A DNA stretch of 48,489 nucleotides, filler included, from Jimgerdemannia flammicorona (Eukaryota), in assembly GCA_003990765.1 (NCBI GenBank). It is 2 parts of 2 records of this genome, joined end to end, with 100 filler letters (N's around TTAATTAATTAA, not from the genome) between each part and the next. Parts side by side here need not be neighbours in the genome. Positions count along the whole stretch, not along the records: positions 24,303 to 48,489 come from RBNJ01001009.1; 1 more part is not named here. One strand, given 5' to 3'. This document shows positions 24,303-37,700 of this stretch, piece by piece (position 1 is the first letter of the stretch; the number at the start of each line of letters is the position of its first letter). A program made the translations under genes and the position numbers. The notes beneath the pieces were generated by a model. The model searched no databases. It saw only the letters and a program-made list of their open reading frames with translations, and had not been told where the DNA came from.

Positions 24303-24897
24303 TCTCTATAGTGATGGGCAGTCCTTCAAATATCTCCATAAGGCTCATTAGGTGACCTTGATGGTTGTCTCGGAGTGGGGTGGTGTGGAAACCTGGTTGA
24401 GTAGGTTCGGTTTGTTGGCTTCCTACAGCGATGCGGTTGCTGCCGATAGCATTGGCTACTTCGGATTCTATCCAGTCAGCATCTTCGGTTGATAGGCAGG
24501 AGAGGCTACCAGCTGTTACTCCTTGCAAGTGTGCTATAGCCCAGGGAATATGGCGGAAGATTTGATGGACACGGAGGGCTCTCTTGATTAGCCGGCTGGT
24601 GGTTAACATTTCGGCAATGAGGTCTTCCTGGTCACCTTCTTGAGTCTCATTGCGAAGGCAGTGTTCAATTTCGTAGTCATGCCAGAGGGTCATTCGTTCA
24701 GTAGTGTCTTTGAGCTGTTGGGTCATTATATACCGGTAGTTGATGAAGTGTCCAAGGTCTTCAGTATAGAAGTTCAAGTGTTCGGAAGTATCTGGGCACC
24801 AGATGGCCTTCTTGATAGCTTCAAAGATCAGGGTCTTTGGGCCAGGCAAAGGGGTAGAGCGGCGGGAGGTCTGGTTGGTTCGGCGAATAGGAGGCAT
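24303..24897 (-). CDS. Intact ORF of unknown function (>=198 aa, runs into the gap), probably carried by a young mobile element; distant similarity to Gypsy ORF3
   Basis: Stop-free from ATG 24897 (upstream in-frame ATGs also exist) and CpG-rich. RALRVHQIFRHIPWAIAHLQGVTAGSLSCLS resembles the ORF at 28391 and ORF3. Confidence 0.65.
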
Positions 24898-25113
24898 TGT
24901 GTGGTGGGTACTTGGTTCTTTGGTGCTGATCCTTGAGGCGGAGTAGGGTTCCTTAAATAATGTGGTCTTCATTTTGGCTTGGGTCATCTTGTCTTCTTTT
25001 GGTGAAATCACTTGACGGATTGGGCTGGTCACCAGTTATCGCACCATAATGTCGTCTGATCTTGTGGTCACAGGGTACTCCGAATTTGGATAGGGTCAAT
25101 TGTAGACGTCACA
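24303..25113 (-). mobile_element. Terminus of an unmutated element starting TGTGAC
   Basis: Abrupt switch from CpG-containing DNA to extremely AT-rich DNA right after ...GTCACA at 25113. The terminal hexamer matches the element-1 LTR start. Confidence 0.5.
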
Positions 25114-25825
25114 ATATATATTTCAATTTATTGTCTATCTATTAAATAAAAAATATTTATAAATAATTTGATTCCAAAACTGAACCAATATATTTTTTTT
25201 TTTAGATTTTTTTTTAAAGATAAAATAAAAATTTAAATACAATAAATTTAATATTTTTAAATATCTCTAATATAAAACTATAATATATTATAATATAAAA
25301 TATATATATTTAGAGTATTTTTATTTAAATAATTAAAATATAAAATTTAATAAAACATTAGTTTAGTTTTGAAATATACTGTATAAGAATACAACTAAGT
25401 AAATAATTTTAATTTTTTTAAAAGAAAAACTATAAGTATAAAAAATTATTAATCCTTTTTTTTTAAAAGTTATTATAAAATAATAAGTTATTATCTATTT
25501 GTTAAATTTGGCTATATTATAAAATAAGAGATATATATTTAGTTATATTTGTAGTAATATTTATTAATTTTATTCTTAAATCTATAGTAAAAAGAGATAA
25601 TTTTTATAGAAATTATATAGATTATATATATATTTTATATATTACTAATATATATAAAACTAATAAAATAATATAAATATAGTATAAAAGACTTTTAAGA
25701 GTTTAAAAAGTCTTATGATTAATTATTTATAAAATATATTTCTTTAATATATTATTCAAAATTTGACTTTAAAAGAGCTTTTGTAAGTAAGTTGATAATT
25801 ATATATACTTTATACTAAATATAGT
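25114..25825. other. Extremely AT-rich, TpA-rich tract, probably a fully decayed repeat
   Basis: Very few C/G bases and no ORFs. Confidence 0.6.
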
Positions 25826-27944
25826 AAATGAAGAGAGCTGTTGAGTTATAGAATAGAGAGTGTCTTTAATACAGAAGATCTAAGAGGTGAAGTTCTTCTC
25901 TAGAGAATTCTCTAGTAATTTATTATCAATAGTTAGCCTAAGAGATAGTAGATATCTATAGTATAGAGAATTTTAGTAGAGGGGATGAAGAGAGTTTACT
26001 ATATTGATCTATATTTATAATATAATAAGAGAGAGACTTAATAGAGATCTATAATATAGAGATAGAATAGACTTCTATTAAGTAGTACTTCTGTAATAGA
26101 CTTTGATATTAGTACTGACATTGAGTGTAAATAAGAGGTGAAATAATATTTGTAATCAGTAAACTAGTAGTTAGCAGATATTAGTAAGATATAGAACTAG
26201 ACTAGAGTTTAGTTCTAGAGTGTAAAGATATAGTAGTGGCTTTCTTTAAGATTCTGAGTAATGTGATAGTATATATATCTTGAGAAAGAATATCATATTG
26301 AACTTCAAATTAAGATATTTAATAGAAGGAGGGGTTTTTGAGTATGAGAATTATTATAATATTAGATAGGAGGAAGGGACTATATAGATACCAGAACATT
26401 GGTAAAAAGAGTATGAGATACTTAATGACTTCTGAGTGATAGTTGGGAGTTATCTAAGAGTATAATAGTAAGAAAAGAGAGAGGGAGAAAGATGAGATAA
26501 CTTGAAGGAGTAGTTGGTAAGTTGTATTAGTAATGAGTAGCTTATAGTTAGATAGATATTAGTAATATGAGCAAAGTTGGCTAGATGCTAGTAATATATA
26601 TTTGAGAATAAGAGATAGATAGTTTTAGGAGAAAGAGTAATAAGTTAAAAAGAGTCAATAGTGGATGCTCTGTCAGACTGATGGAGAGAGTGGGGTTCTT
26701 AATAGGATTATAAGAGGATTACTTATTAAAGTATAATTATGTAGTTCTAGAAGGGGTTTCTCAAAGTTCTGGATATTCTGGAAGACTGTTTTCTTAAGGT
26801 TAAGATCAATTTTATATAGAGTATGTCATCTATGCTTATTGATTTCAAGATTGGGTTAATGTTTCAACTAAAGTCCTTTTTCAGACTAGTTCTGAATGTT
26901 CAGAATTTTCTATATTTCAGAAAGTTCAAGAAACTAAAACCAGCTTAGTTGAATTGGTATATTGCTACAGACAATACTTAATTAGGAAATTTCATAATAT
27001 GGTTAAGAGTGGGATCTAATAGGGTATAAATTTACTTAAGAGTAGTTTGTAGATTATTATATAGATTTATTTGCTATTTATGATATTGCTATACTAGGAA
27101 TAGTTATATAAAGGAATATTATGAGAAGTGTTCAGGATTTTTTGTATGTTTAGATCTGTTTATATCTGAGTTTCTGAGGTCTGAGAGAAGGGATATTTAT
27201 ACTAATGGGAGGCTATCTGGACTATACTAAATATAGATATATGTAGTACTTAGTATCTTACTGAGTCAGAATGCAATTACATAGTACAAGTATGAACTGA
27301 CATTATCTGACTGCTGAGTCAGTATATAGTTATATCATATAAGACTAATCTAACTATACTAATAACTGCTAAGCTATCTATAGATTTAGATACTATCTGA
27401 GTAGTTTTTGATGCAATCACTATTGATGACATCATCTCTGATAAAGTAGTCATCTAGAATGAGGAGTTCTTCGATAATGTCTCCTTATTCATTCATATAG
27501 TAATAGGTTGAGACTATATCACTATCCCACAAGATGACATCATCTGTCTCATATACTGAGTAGGGTATCAGTGAGCAGAGAAGGGGTACATCATCTCCAC
27601 TTTTATCAAATTTACTATCTGTATATCTTCTATAGATAACAGTACTATGAGTTACAGGATTATAGTAGGCTGGTGACTGTGGTTTATTTTATTTATACTT
27701 GAGAGATAGAGTTGTTGGTTCAATCTTGAGAGTTATCTGGAGGTACAGATTGTGTTCTCTGATCTCTTTATTGAAGTAATTGGGCATGAATACAGATTGA
27801 TATTCATATCAGTGGTCATTTTCTCAATAGATTATATTGGTATTAGAGAGATCATTATTTTGTGCTTTATCATTATTAAACTAGATTATATTATAGATAT
27901 CCTTCATAGTATATCTAACTTGGGGCATTTATAAGATATAATCA

Positions 27945-28391
27945 TCAGGTATAAGAAGGTTCTATCTGGGTCTAGATATACTCAATATACTTACGATTGA
28001 GTTCTTGTACTATATCATTAATTTGGCCATAGGATAGAGTGATAACTATTTCAGCAGTAGTAACTTAGAGGTGAGAAATAAAAGTGCTATACTCATAAAA
28101 GAGTTCTTGATATTTGTAGATGATGAGTTTCTGGTGTTGAGACATCTGGATAATATCTATATCATAGTGGTATTAAACTATATCTTCTAGGAGGTAGCTA
28201 ATCTGGTAGTAGCTTGAGATTTGTCTGATTTGATAGACTTTACTGAGTATATTCAGGGCATTCTATTGGGCTTCTATAAAGTAGAGAGATGCCAGGCTAT
28301 GGATATTCATAAGGAGTAGAAGAGGTGTGGCTTGATTGACAATGACATTTCAAATGTCAGCATAAATACAGTTGTAGATCTCAGTGGTCAT
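27945..28391 (-). pseudogene. Decayed ~150-codon ORF3-like gene within an unclassified degraded element (~25830-28600)
   Basis: MTTEIYNCIYADI*...KVYQIRQISSYYQISYLLE...QELFYEYSTFISHL*VTTAEIVITLS in one frame. The internal stops are consistent with C>T changes. Confidence 0.55.
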
Positions 28392-28899
28392 GATTGTATA
28401 TATATTTAAGAGTTATAGTTGTTTGTTTGGTTTGTTGTAGTTCTCTATTTTGAATAAATCTTATATTCTATGACTTTGAGTTAACTCAGCTTTGTGTTCT
28501 GTAACTTCAGTTTGACTTAGTTTTATGATCTTATATGTAATTTCCAGATTTATTCTAAGAGTGATGTGCAATTTCAATGGTTTGGAGGTTGTACACTTAT
28601 AAGGATTACTGTAGATATCTGATAGAAGAGATATATAAGAGAAGTAGTAAGTAGATTGAGGTAGTTAATAATTTAGTAGTTTTTAAGAGAGAGGAGGTGA
28701 GAAAGTGAGAGTATATTGAAGTAAAGTAAAGTGGGCTAGATTGGAGCTACTAGTGTAGTTTTTTTTTTTTTTTTTTTTTTTTTTTAGTCTCTTGGTCTTC
28801 TTTTTTTTTTTTTTTTTTATAGTCTCTTGGACTCCTTTCTTTATTAATACACCAATCTATCCCATATAAATATATTGAGCCCACCTCTTATCTGATCCC

Positions 28900-31800
28900 C
28901 TTAGGGGGGCCCCTCTCCCCTACTCCTACTTGATAAAAGACCACTTTGTCTAATACCATCGCCACTCACCCACCACTTTATTCATAGATCCCTTCCACCA
29001 GACCATGACATAACCCACCCTGGGGACCCCAACCCACCTACCACTCAGTCAGCAGATCCTCCATCAACCCCTCCTATCTTAATAACTTCTTCTATAAATC
29101 TATCTGTCATTTCTCCTTGAAGACAAAGAGCTAATGTCTAGCTAATCCCACCCACACTACTAAAACTTACCCTACAGTGAGCCAACTGTTGCCCACCCCA
29201 CCCACTAGCTGAGATTTCAAATCCTCCCAGTGGCCTTGCTTGCTATTTGGTCTCTGCTCTACACTCAGTCAATTTCTGACTTCTAACCAAAAGTCCCCCA
29301 GCACCTCACACTCTCCCAGCCAATGTACACAAATTCCCCAACTTGCCCCACATTATAATACTCCTCATAATCTAATTGGCCACCATCCACCAGTGCTCTG
29401 CATGGAAATTTAAAATGATATTCCTCTGCAGCATCTGCTACCATACTATCTAGAACTTGGAAGAAAGCTACCTCTGTACCTCAGCACTCTATGACCAGAC
29501 CCCTGCCCCATCCCACTCCTTGCCAATCCTCACCGCCTGCCATCCACTTGGCCAAAGATCTTGGCCAAGATCCTGCTGATACTCCACTCTATCCCTAATG
29601 TCAAAATCAGTAAGCAGAGCACCCCTCAGAAGCAATCTGTCCCATTGCCACATATCTGGACCCCAAGGCACCTCCCTCTCATTGCCCTGTCAGTACAGGT
29701 CTATTTAGTGTGCTCCATCCACCACCCCTCACCAGAAGCCCTTAAACCACAGCCATCGACTTCCATTCAGCCCCACCAGAGTGAGCAAATCTCCCAAGGA
29801 CTCATGAGAGGAGAATCTCATCTCCCACACCTTCTGCAACAGTAGCACCCAACCCCCTCCCTGCAATTCAACAGCTCTCTTCAACCACTAGGCTTGCAGG
29901 CAGTACAACCTCTTAGGGAAATCTACAAGGCTTAGGCCTCCCCTACTCAGCTGATCTGGGACCCCCTCTCTGCCCAAATCCAATCTCTAGCTATCTTTGT
30001 CAGCCTCTTCACCACCCAAGCTGGGAAGTCTAGATGATATGCTATGTACCATAGCTTGGGGAACCAGTATATATTCAGAATCAACACCCATCTGTCAGGG
30101 AGATGTAGTAACCCCCCCAATCTCAAAGAGCCTCCCCCCAAATAGCCACCCTCCTCTCTCACCACACTTATAACAAGACAGATCCATATATAGAAAGAAA
30201 GATGTCCAGATACCACACCACCTCTCCTATAGGGACAATTGTTCCAATGACATCCCCTTCCACTAGCCCATTTCTCAACACCATTATCTCACACTTATAC
30301 TAGTTGAGTTTTGCCCCAGAGTGTGCCTTATACCAATCTACTGTTTCCTTAAGTGCCTCAATGTCTGCCACCAATCCAAGTCCAACCACCATATCATCTG
30401 CAAAGACCCCCACCTTCCACACCATACTGTATATAGAGAGCTCTTCTACCTTTCGATATATTCTATCCATCAAAGATTCCAAAGAAAGGATAGGAGATAG
30501 CAGGTCTCCTTGAGGAACTCCTCTTCCCAAGGGAAATACCAAACCTCTGTAACCATTACACATCAGTACCACCCTGCTACTCTTCAACAAATTCAATATA
30601 GAAGCCTGAAACCATAGGGGCACTCCAATTCTGTCCAGCACCCTGCCCAGCCACACCCACCAAACATGGTCATAGGCCTTCTCTTGGTCCAAAAAGACCA
30701 GTCTACCATCCAGTCTACAAGCCCAGGCCCCTTCAATAATACTGTGCATCCAGGCAGTCCTGTCCCTGATAAGTCTGCCTCCTACAAAGCCCCACTGCTC
30801 CTCACTCAGTATCTGCTAGACAACCTTCTGTAGTCTTATGACAATCACCTTAGTCACCATCTTTCTGTCCATATCCAGAAGCATGATTGGCCTTCAGTTC
30901 TTCCAGTCCTCCTGCCTCTCCTTGTTTTTGTACAATAAGACTACCAGCCCCAAGTTCTGCTCTCCAACCCACTCGCTATTCAGAAGGACATGGTTACATA
31001 GGGCAGCTATCTCTCCTAACACTCTCAGGACTTTCACTATCTTCCTCCAGAAGTCCCAAGGTAACCCATCCTCTCCTGGTACTGTCTCAAGCTTAGTCAC
31101 TATAAGGACTCTCTAGATCTCCTCCTCTTGAATCAGTAAGATCAAGTCTCCCAGCCCCTCTACCTGCTGTGGCTCCCACTCCTCCAGCATGTCTCCAATC
31201 ACCTCTCCATCAGTATCCCCTTCCTCCTTACTCTACAGACCCTGCCATCTCTTTTTCAAAACCCCCAAGATCTGTTATATATCATGCACTATATCTCTCT
31301 CAGCATCAAAGACCCCATCTCACCAATGTTGCACTCTCTTAGCTTTGAGGAGCCTAGACAAGTATCTAGTAGGCTGCTCTCCCTCCTTAAGTCCCTGCCA
31401 CCATAGTCTGGCAGCCATTCCTTTCAAATAAATCTCCTTCTCCTCTCTCAAAACCTATTTTAGCTCCACTATCTCCAATTTCACCTACTCTAACCTCCAA
31501 TCCTCTACCTCTTCAGAAGAAAGCAAATCAGCCCATTCCATCTGCAATCTCATCAGTCTATTAGAAGTACACCATATGTACTTCCTTCTCTATCTCCCAG
31601 TCTCCCTACCAGCTCCTCCCCAATAGATCCTTGCAGCCTCCTTCAATCTCATCCAATAAATACCTATAGACAAATCCTCATACCTCCAGATAGAAATCCT
31701 CACCTGGATGTCCTCTACCCATGAGTCCCACAATACCTTCTCAGCCAGCAGAGAGGAGTTAAGACACCAATGTTCAGGTCCATCTCTACTCCCCAAACTA

Positions 31801-32502
31801 CCTCTGCCCTAATAACCCCCAGTAATCAGACCACAGATATCACTCCACCTCCAAAGTCTTCCAAACATCAATATCCCAGCATTTGGCCATCAGAATCCAG
31901 TCAATCCTCATACCCAAGCCATTCATCCAATGTGTGTAGACCCTCTTGTTGTCCCAGCATATTCTGCCCATATTCTCTAAGGAGCTAAGATTCTCCACCT
32001 TCTCCTATGCATCCAGACCACTACTCCTCCCAACTGCATTTCTTCCTTTATTAGTTCTATCCAATTGCAGATCCCTAACAATATTAAAATCACCACCCAG
32101 AATATCTACTTCTTTCTCTAAGAGAATATCCCTCTCTAGCAGATCTCTAATCCATGCAATCCTCTCACCCCTAACTATAGGGCAGTAGCAGGAGCCAACC
32201 CTCACTGGCTCCCACTCTGGCCAATGCCAATCTCTCCAGACCAAGCAGTCAACCTAGTTCTTGACTTTGCCCAAATTTCCTCTACCCTTCTTCACCAGAA
32301 TCACCACTTTGCTAAACCAAGCAGTATCCCATCCCCATTCTCTAGACCACTCCATCTGATTATCCTCATCCTCACACTGTACATCCTGCAGCAAAAAGAT
32401 ATCAGCCTCTAATCCTTTAAGCCAAGTAAAAATATTTCTATGCCTCCCAGATCCCCTTAACCCATTTATATTCAGAGAGAAAATATTAGTTGTACTGTTC
32501 AT
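28900..32502 (-). pseudogene. LINE ORF2: APE endonuclease, reverse transcriptase and C-terminal region
   Basis: IFSLNINGLR...DIFLLQD, LGGDFN, FLDQEKAYDHV, GVPQGDLLSP, FADD and SGAKLN. The 3' end is approximate. Confidence 0.92.
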
Positions 32503-32519
32503 AAGAAATAATATTGTTG

Positions 32520-34560
32520 ATCAATTACAATCTCTACAAGTCTGCATTCAACTCCTCTTGTGTTAAGTCCAAATTATGCTCTGCAGCCAGAGCATTCTCT
32601 TCAGCTGCCTGTGCCTCCAACCCTACCAGAAGTTCAGCCAATACTCTATCCTTCTTTTCCTTGAAGTCCTCATAATACTCCAGGTATGCCTCCTGCTATA
32701 GTTGTAACCCATGCCACTCAGCCCAACAGTAGGCAGCTCACTCACCCACAATGACTGCCAGCTCAGCCTCTCTTGCCTTATCAACCTCAAATCCCTCCTC
32801 CTCTAGAAAAATCACAAGAATCTCCACCTTCAGTGCCTCCACCACCCCATTGTCATATAGAATCTGTGTCCAGTACTCCTTCAGCACCACATGCAGGTCC
32901 ACCTCCCCCAACTCCTTAGCTACAAAGTTATCCATCATCTTGCTCATCCACAGCAGGTTCCCCATCTTCTTCCCTCCTGACATCTCTGGCCTCTCTGTAT
33001 TGAGCATTGTGGTGTCTGCCCTGACACTAGTAGTCTCATCCCATCTCTCCTCTGGGACATCCACCAGCTCATCCTCATCAACTGCCACTACCCAACCTCC
33101 TTTTGCCATATCAGAAACCCCAAAGTGAACCCTCTGAGCACCCTTCATCAACACATCCTCCTCTATCTGACCCCTTGCTGCTGGACCCCTCTTGATCAGA
33201 GGGGGAGTGTCCTCTATAACTGAGTCCCATACTTCAAATGTGCCATCAGTAAATGGGTTCTTGTATAGCACCCTCTCAGCCCCTCCCAGTCTCTCCTCCC
33301 CACTTATTTGTCCAGATACTTATCTCTATGCCCTCAGACTTCTCAGTGCCCCCAGCCTTCATCTTTGCCCCTCCTTCTATGTTTGCCAGCAGCTTCCACT
33401 GTCTCTTGCACTCTTGAGCCCTCTCTCACTGCCTCCTGTCAGTGCAAATCTGCTTTCCATCAATAATCTCCAGATGTATTGACTCCTCATATAGCTTCCA
33501 GGCCTTCACCTATCACTCAACTGCACCACTCAACTCCTTCAATGCTTTCAACAAGTCCTCCTCCTCCTCTTCACTCCCCTTCACCCTCAATACCTTACAG
33601 ACAAATACCCCCCACATCAATACTAAAGGCCAGTCACTCATCTTCTCTATAGTCTCTCTTCCAGCCAGTCTAATCCTGACATCAATATCACCTGTCCTAA
33701 AGGCAGTCCCCTCCCACATCTGGAAGCTGATATCCACTACATTGCTATACTCTTCCATCACCTCCTCTACCCTCCTCCTAGTCTCAGCCTTTATCATTAT
33801 AGGCACCCCCTTCACCAGCAACTATACCACCCTGGGGTCCCATCTAAGGCATTGCACCATAGGGACCACTACTTCCCCGACCACCACTCCAGTCTTCAGA
33901 GCCTCATCTAGTGGACCCACCTCCTCAAAGCCCACCTCAACCCCCTCCAGCCCCTTCAGGAACTTCACCAAGGCTGCTCCAACCACCTGCTACAAGATAA
34001 GATCCAGAACTATTCTCACTGTCACTGCCAAGCCCTAGAAGTATAAGGTAGCCACAAATTCCAAAATTGACTTCTTGAGTAATAGTGCCACTACTAGCTC
34101 CATCACGCCATCAGCCAGGTCTCTCTTCTGCTTTGGGCCCATCTGCCCAGCCCCCCCATCAATAGTCACATCTGAATTTTTTTCCAGATTCCCAATCACT
34201 TCACCATCAGCAGTCCTGCCACTACTTCTAGTAGCTACCCCACAAGCTCTACCTCCCACTGGCTGAGATCCAACCCCTCCAGCTTCCCCAACCTTCTGCT
34301 TCTCCTTCTCTCCCACCTGCCTACCACAAGTTCTTACTGGCCAACCACCAGCCTATAGCATGTCTGCAAAGCTCCTCTCCTGCTACCCACTGGCCCTACC
34401 ACCAGCACCACTTCCACTGCCTGAGCTGCCCTATCTACTCAAGCCACTAAAAGACCCCATTCCCAGCCCATACTCTTGTCTGACATACTGCCAGTTGAAG
34501 GCCCCAGGTCTATCTGACCTAGTATATATATCAGCTTGCTTACTGATAGATATTACCTTA
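32520..34560 (-). pseudogene. LINE ORF1
   Basis: Fragments 34035-34316, 33513-33821 and 32738-33271 lie upstream of ORF2 and are homologous to 43541-44226 and 48004-48489. Confidence 0.8.
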
Positions 34561-34709
34561 ATATCTTTCTCTAATAAATAACTTGAAAGTATGTTATAAA
34601 AGTATGTATAATATGAATTATAGCAGAGAAAGATGATGGCTACTAGTGTAGTTAAGAATCTTATATTTATTATAGATTAGTTAATAAAGGAGCCTAGTAC
34701 TTAATTATT

Positions 34710-37700
34710 ATAATAAGTATATAATATTATATAACTAGATAATATAAATACTCAGTATAGTATAGCCATCTATACTAAGTTACTCATATATACTATAACT
34801 TATATAATTAGTCAGATATATCAAATTGAGTATATTGATCTATATCTTAAGAATACACTTATATCTAGCAGACATATATATCTGTCTTCAGTAGATATAT
34901 CTGGTCTCTCTCTCTCTAAAATAGTATTATTATATATTCTATAAATACTCAAATATAAAGTAACTAGATAGTAATCACAATTATATAAAATATCTTAGAG
35001 AAGAGTAAATAAACCTCAGTCTAAAAAGTTCCAAAGTAAAAGATAAGTCCATCTAATATACTTTAAGAAATATGTATATCAAAAGTTACTTGATCTAGAA
35101 AGAATTATAATATTTAGAAGAAATGTCTATACTATAGTTACTATTTAAGAGATTGTAAACTTCTTTTTTTACTTTAGTTTACTTTCTAATAGAAAGCCTT
35201 ATTACTAAGTTCAACTGAAGAACTTTGAGAAATCTACTAATTTAGAAAAATCTATACTATCTGAGTTATCTACTTTATTCAAGAAGTTTACTAATTTAAG
35301 AAGAATTGGTATTATCTGTTATCTAAGAAAATTCTATATTACCTAGAAATTTTCAGCCTAATTAGGAAATTACTAAAATTATCTATATTATATAATACAG
35401 AACTTATATCTATTTTAGAGAGAGAAACTATTGAACATTTTATTGCTTTTTGACAAAGTAATTGTAAGTTCAAGCCAATTTATATAGTAGTTCTAATCTT
35501 GTAATTTATCTTTATTGAGCTGATACATTATACATATTTAGAAGCTTAACTAGAAAGATCTTCTTTAAATTTATGTGACTTTTCAGCTAACAAGAACCTA
35601 ACAGCCAAACTGGATATATTTTATAGTACCAATCTCTACTATTATAGAATAATAAGTTATTATTAGTATTTAGACAAAAAGAGAAGTAATTACCTTAAGA
35701 CTTATCAATTATTCAGTATCAGAAAGATCTTAACCAGAAGTCAGTATAGTATAGAATTCTCAATCAGTATTAACAGACTTATTACCAGGAGATCTGATCT
35801 AACTAGATTAATTAGATAATATAGATAACTCTATTAGAAACTTTAATAAGCTTAAATGAAAATTAGAAAACATTATTATATAAACTTAGTTTCTCTTAGA
35901 AACTTCACTAGTCTCTCTAATTGAACCACTATCAGAACTAGTAACTACAGAACTAGAAGGACCAGAAATAGCTTCTTCAAGGATACTTAGATCTACTATA
36001 TCTTACTTAAGATCAATAACTTTATCTTCAGAATATCCAATTATCTTAAGCTTTAGTAATAACTCTGAAAGTAAATTAGAACCAAGAAGACTATAATAAT
36101 AAAATAACTACCCTACTGTCAATCTTTGCAGGATATCTAGAAAAACACCCAAGAGAATTCCTTAATAGGATTAAAGAAATAATAGCTTTAAAAAATCTCT
36201 CTGTCTAGAGAAAAATTGCTATCTTTAAAGCCCAACTTAGAGAACTAGTTAAGGGAATTTTCTACTGAATAATAAATGATACATATGTAAACCTTAGAAT
36301 AGTCATTCAGATAGCAGTATCTTGGAAAGAAGAATATAAAGCTATAACTCACTGGCTTATTCAAAAATATATAAAAAATAAAATCTATTATAAGATCCAA
36401 GAATTTATTATAGAGATAAAGATGAATCTTAGGGAATTATCTAGAGCATTCTTTATTAAAATCTAAAAAAGAATGTATATAGCTAGGTTCAATACTACTA
36501 ATCAAAAAATCATAGGTTCAATGATCTTCATAAATAGAATTTTCCCAAACATTATCCAGTAGGTCTATATTCTAGATATCAGAAGATCTGAAGAACAAAT
36601 AGATGTAGCTTAAGAATTTTTTGATATTAAACAAAAAACTACTAAAAGTGATCACAATAAGAAAGATAACAAGGAAGATATCTTAGTTAAAATCTTATAA
36701 GGATTACTTCAAGAATATAGAAAATCAAAAGAAGAAAAACTAGTTAAGGAGTAGAAGAAAGAGAGAAACAAAATCCAGAACCTCAACTCTAAGTTAGACT
36801 AATTAATTGAACTAATAAAAAACTTATTATATATAAAAATCAGAGTTATCTATAAGATAATAAGGTTATATACTACAAATAAATCAAGACTACTCACTTA
36901 GAGATAATAGGAGCTATTAGCTATAAGAAGAAAGAAGATATCTACTCTAAGATAGAGCTCAAGTCTAATACTTCTATTGTAATTAGTTCAAACACTATAC
37001 TATAGATTGTAACAGTAGAAGAAGTAATCAAAGGAACTTAGAGCTATTAAATTAAAAGAATACAGTCTAGTATAAGAAGACTGAAGTCAACCCTATTGAA
37101 GACTTTGAGAAGAAAAGCAATAGCAAAGACTATAGTGATCTAGATCTATATTCAACTAAGATCATCTCTAAGAAGATAGTATATCCTGCTAAAAAAAGAA
37201 AGAGATCTGCAGGAAGGCCTTCCAGAAGTATAGTTAGAAGAATTATCTAAGAGAAAGATAAAGAAGATAAAGAAGAGTAGGTTGAAATATCTCTCTGATC
37301 TCTCTTACCTTTTGTCTTCAAAACAAACAAATTATTACTAAAGAATAAAGAAATAGAGCAAGAAGAATAAGAGTCAATTGTTCTAAAGTCTAAGAAGAAG
37401 TATATTCCAAGAACCATATATAGAGATATCTATAATATAGTCTAGCAAAAAGATTTAAGAAACTAAGATAGAAGTCTCTCTTCTATAGTTTTTATAACTG
37501 ATATCTGCTAGAGTTTACAATAAACTATAAGAACTATCAGATCCAGTACTGACCAAGTCTCAATCCCATAACAAGAACCAGTACCAACTACCATTTAGAC
37601 TATAGAAAGATATATATATTAGTATATATCTATATTATGATATTGAAAGATAAAAGGTGAAAATACTCATTGATACTAGAGTAGCTATCTGTTTTATTGC

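Larger units (their letters stand above)
28761..34638 (-). mobile_element. Full-length L1/Tx1-like LINE (~5.9 kb), inactivated
   Basis: 15-bp TSD gctactagtgtagtt at 28746-28760 and 34639-34653, poly(A), ORF1 and ORF2. Confidence 0.95.

Noticed and set aside
32751..34266. Long Ser/Thr/Pro-rich plus-strand ORFs (32751, 33442, 34075; also 43541-44149)
   Set aside because: Antisense shadows of the G-rich LINE ORF1.
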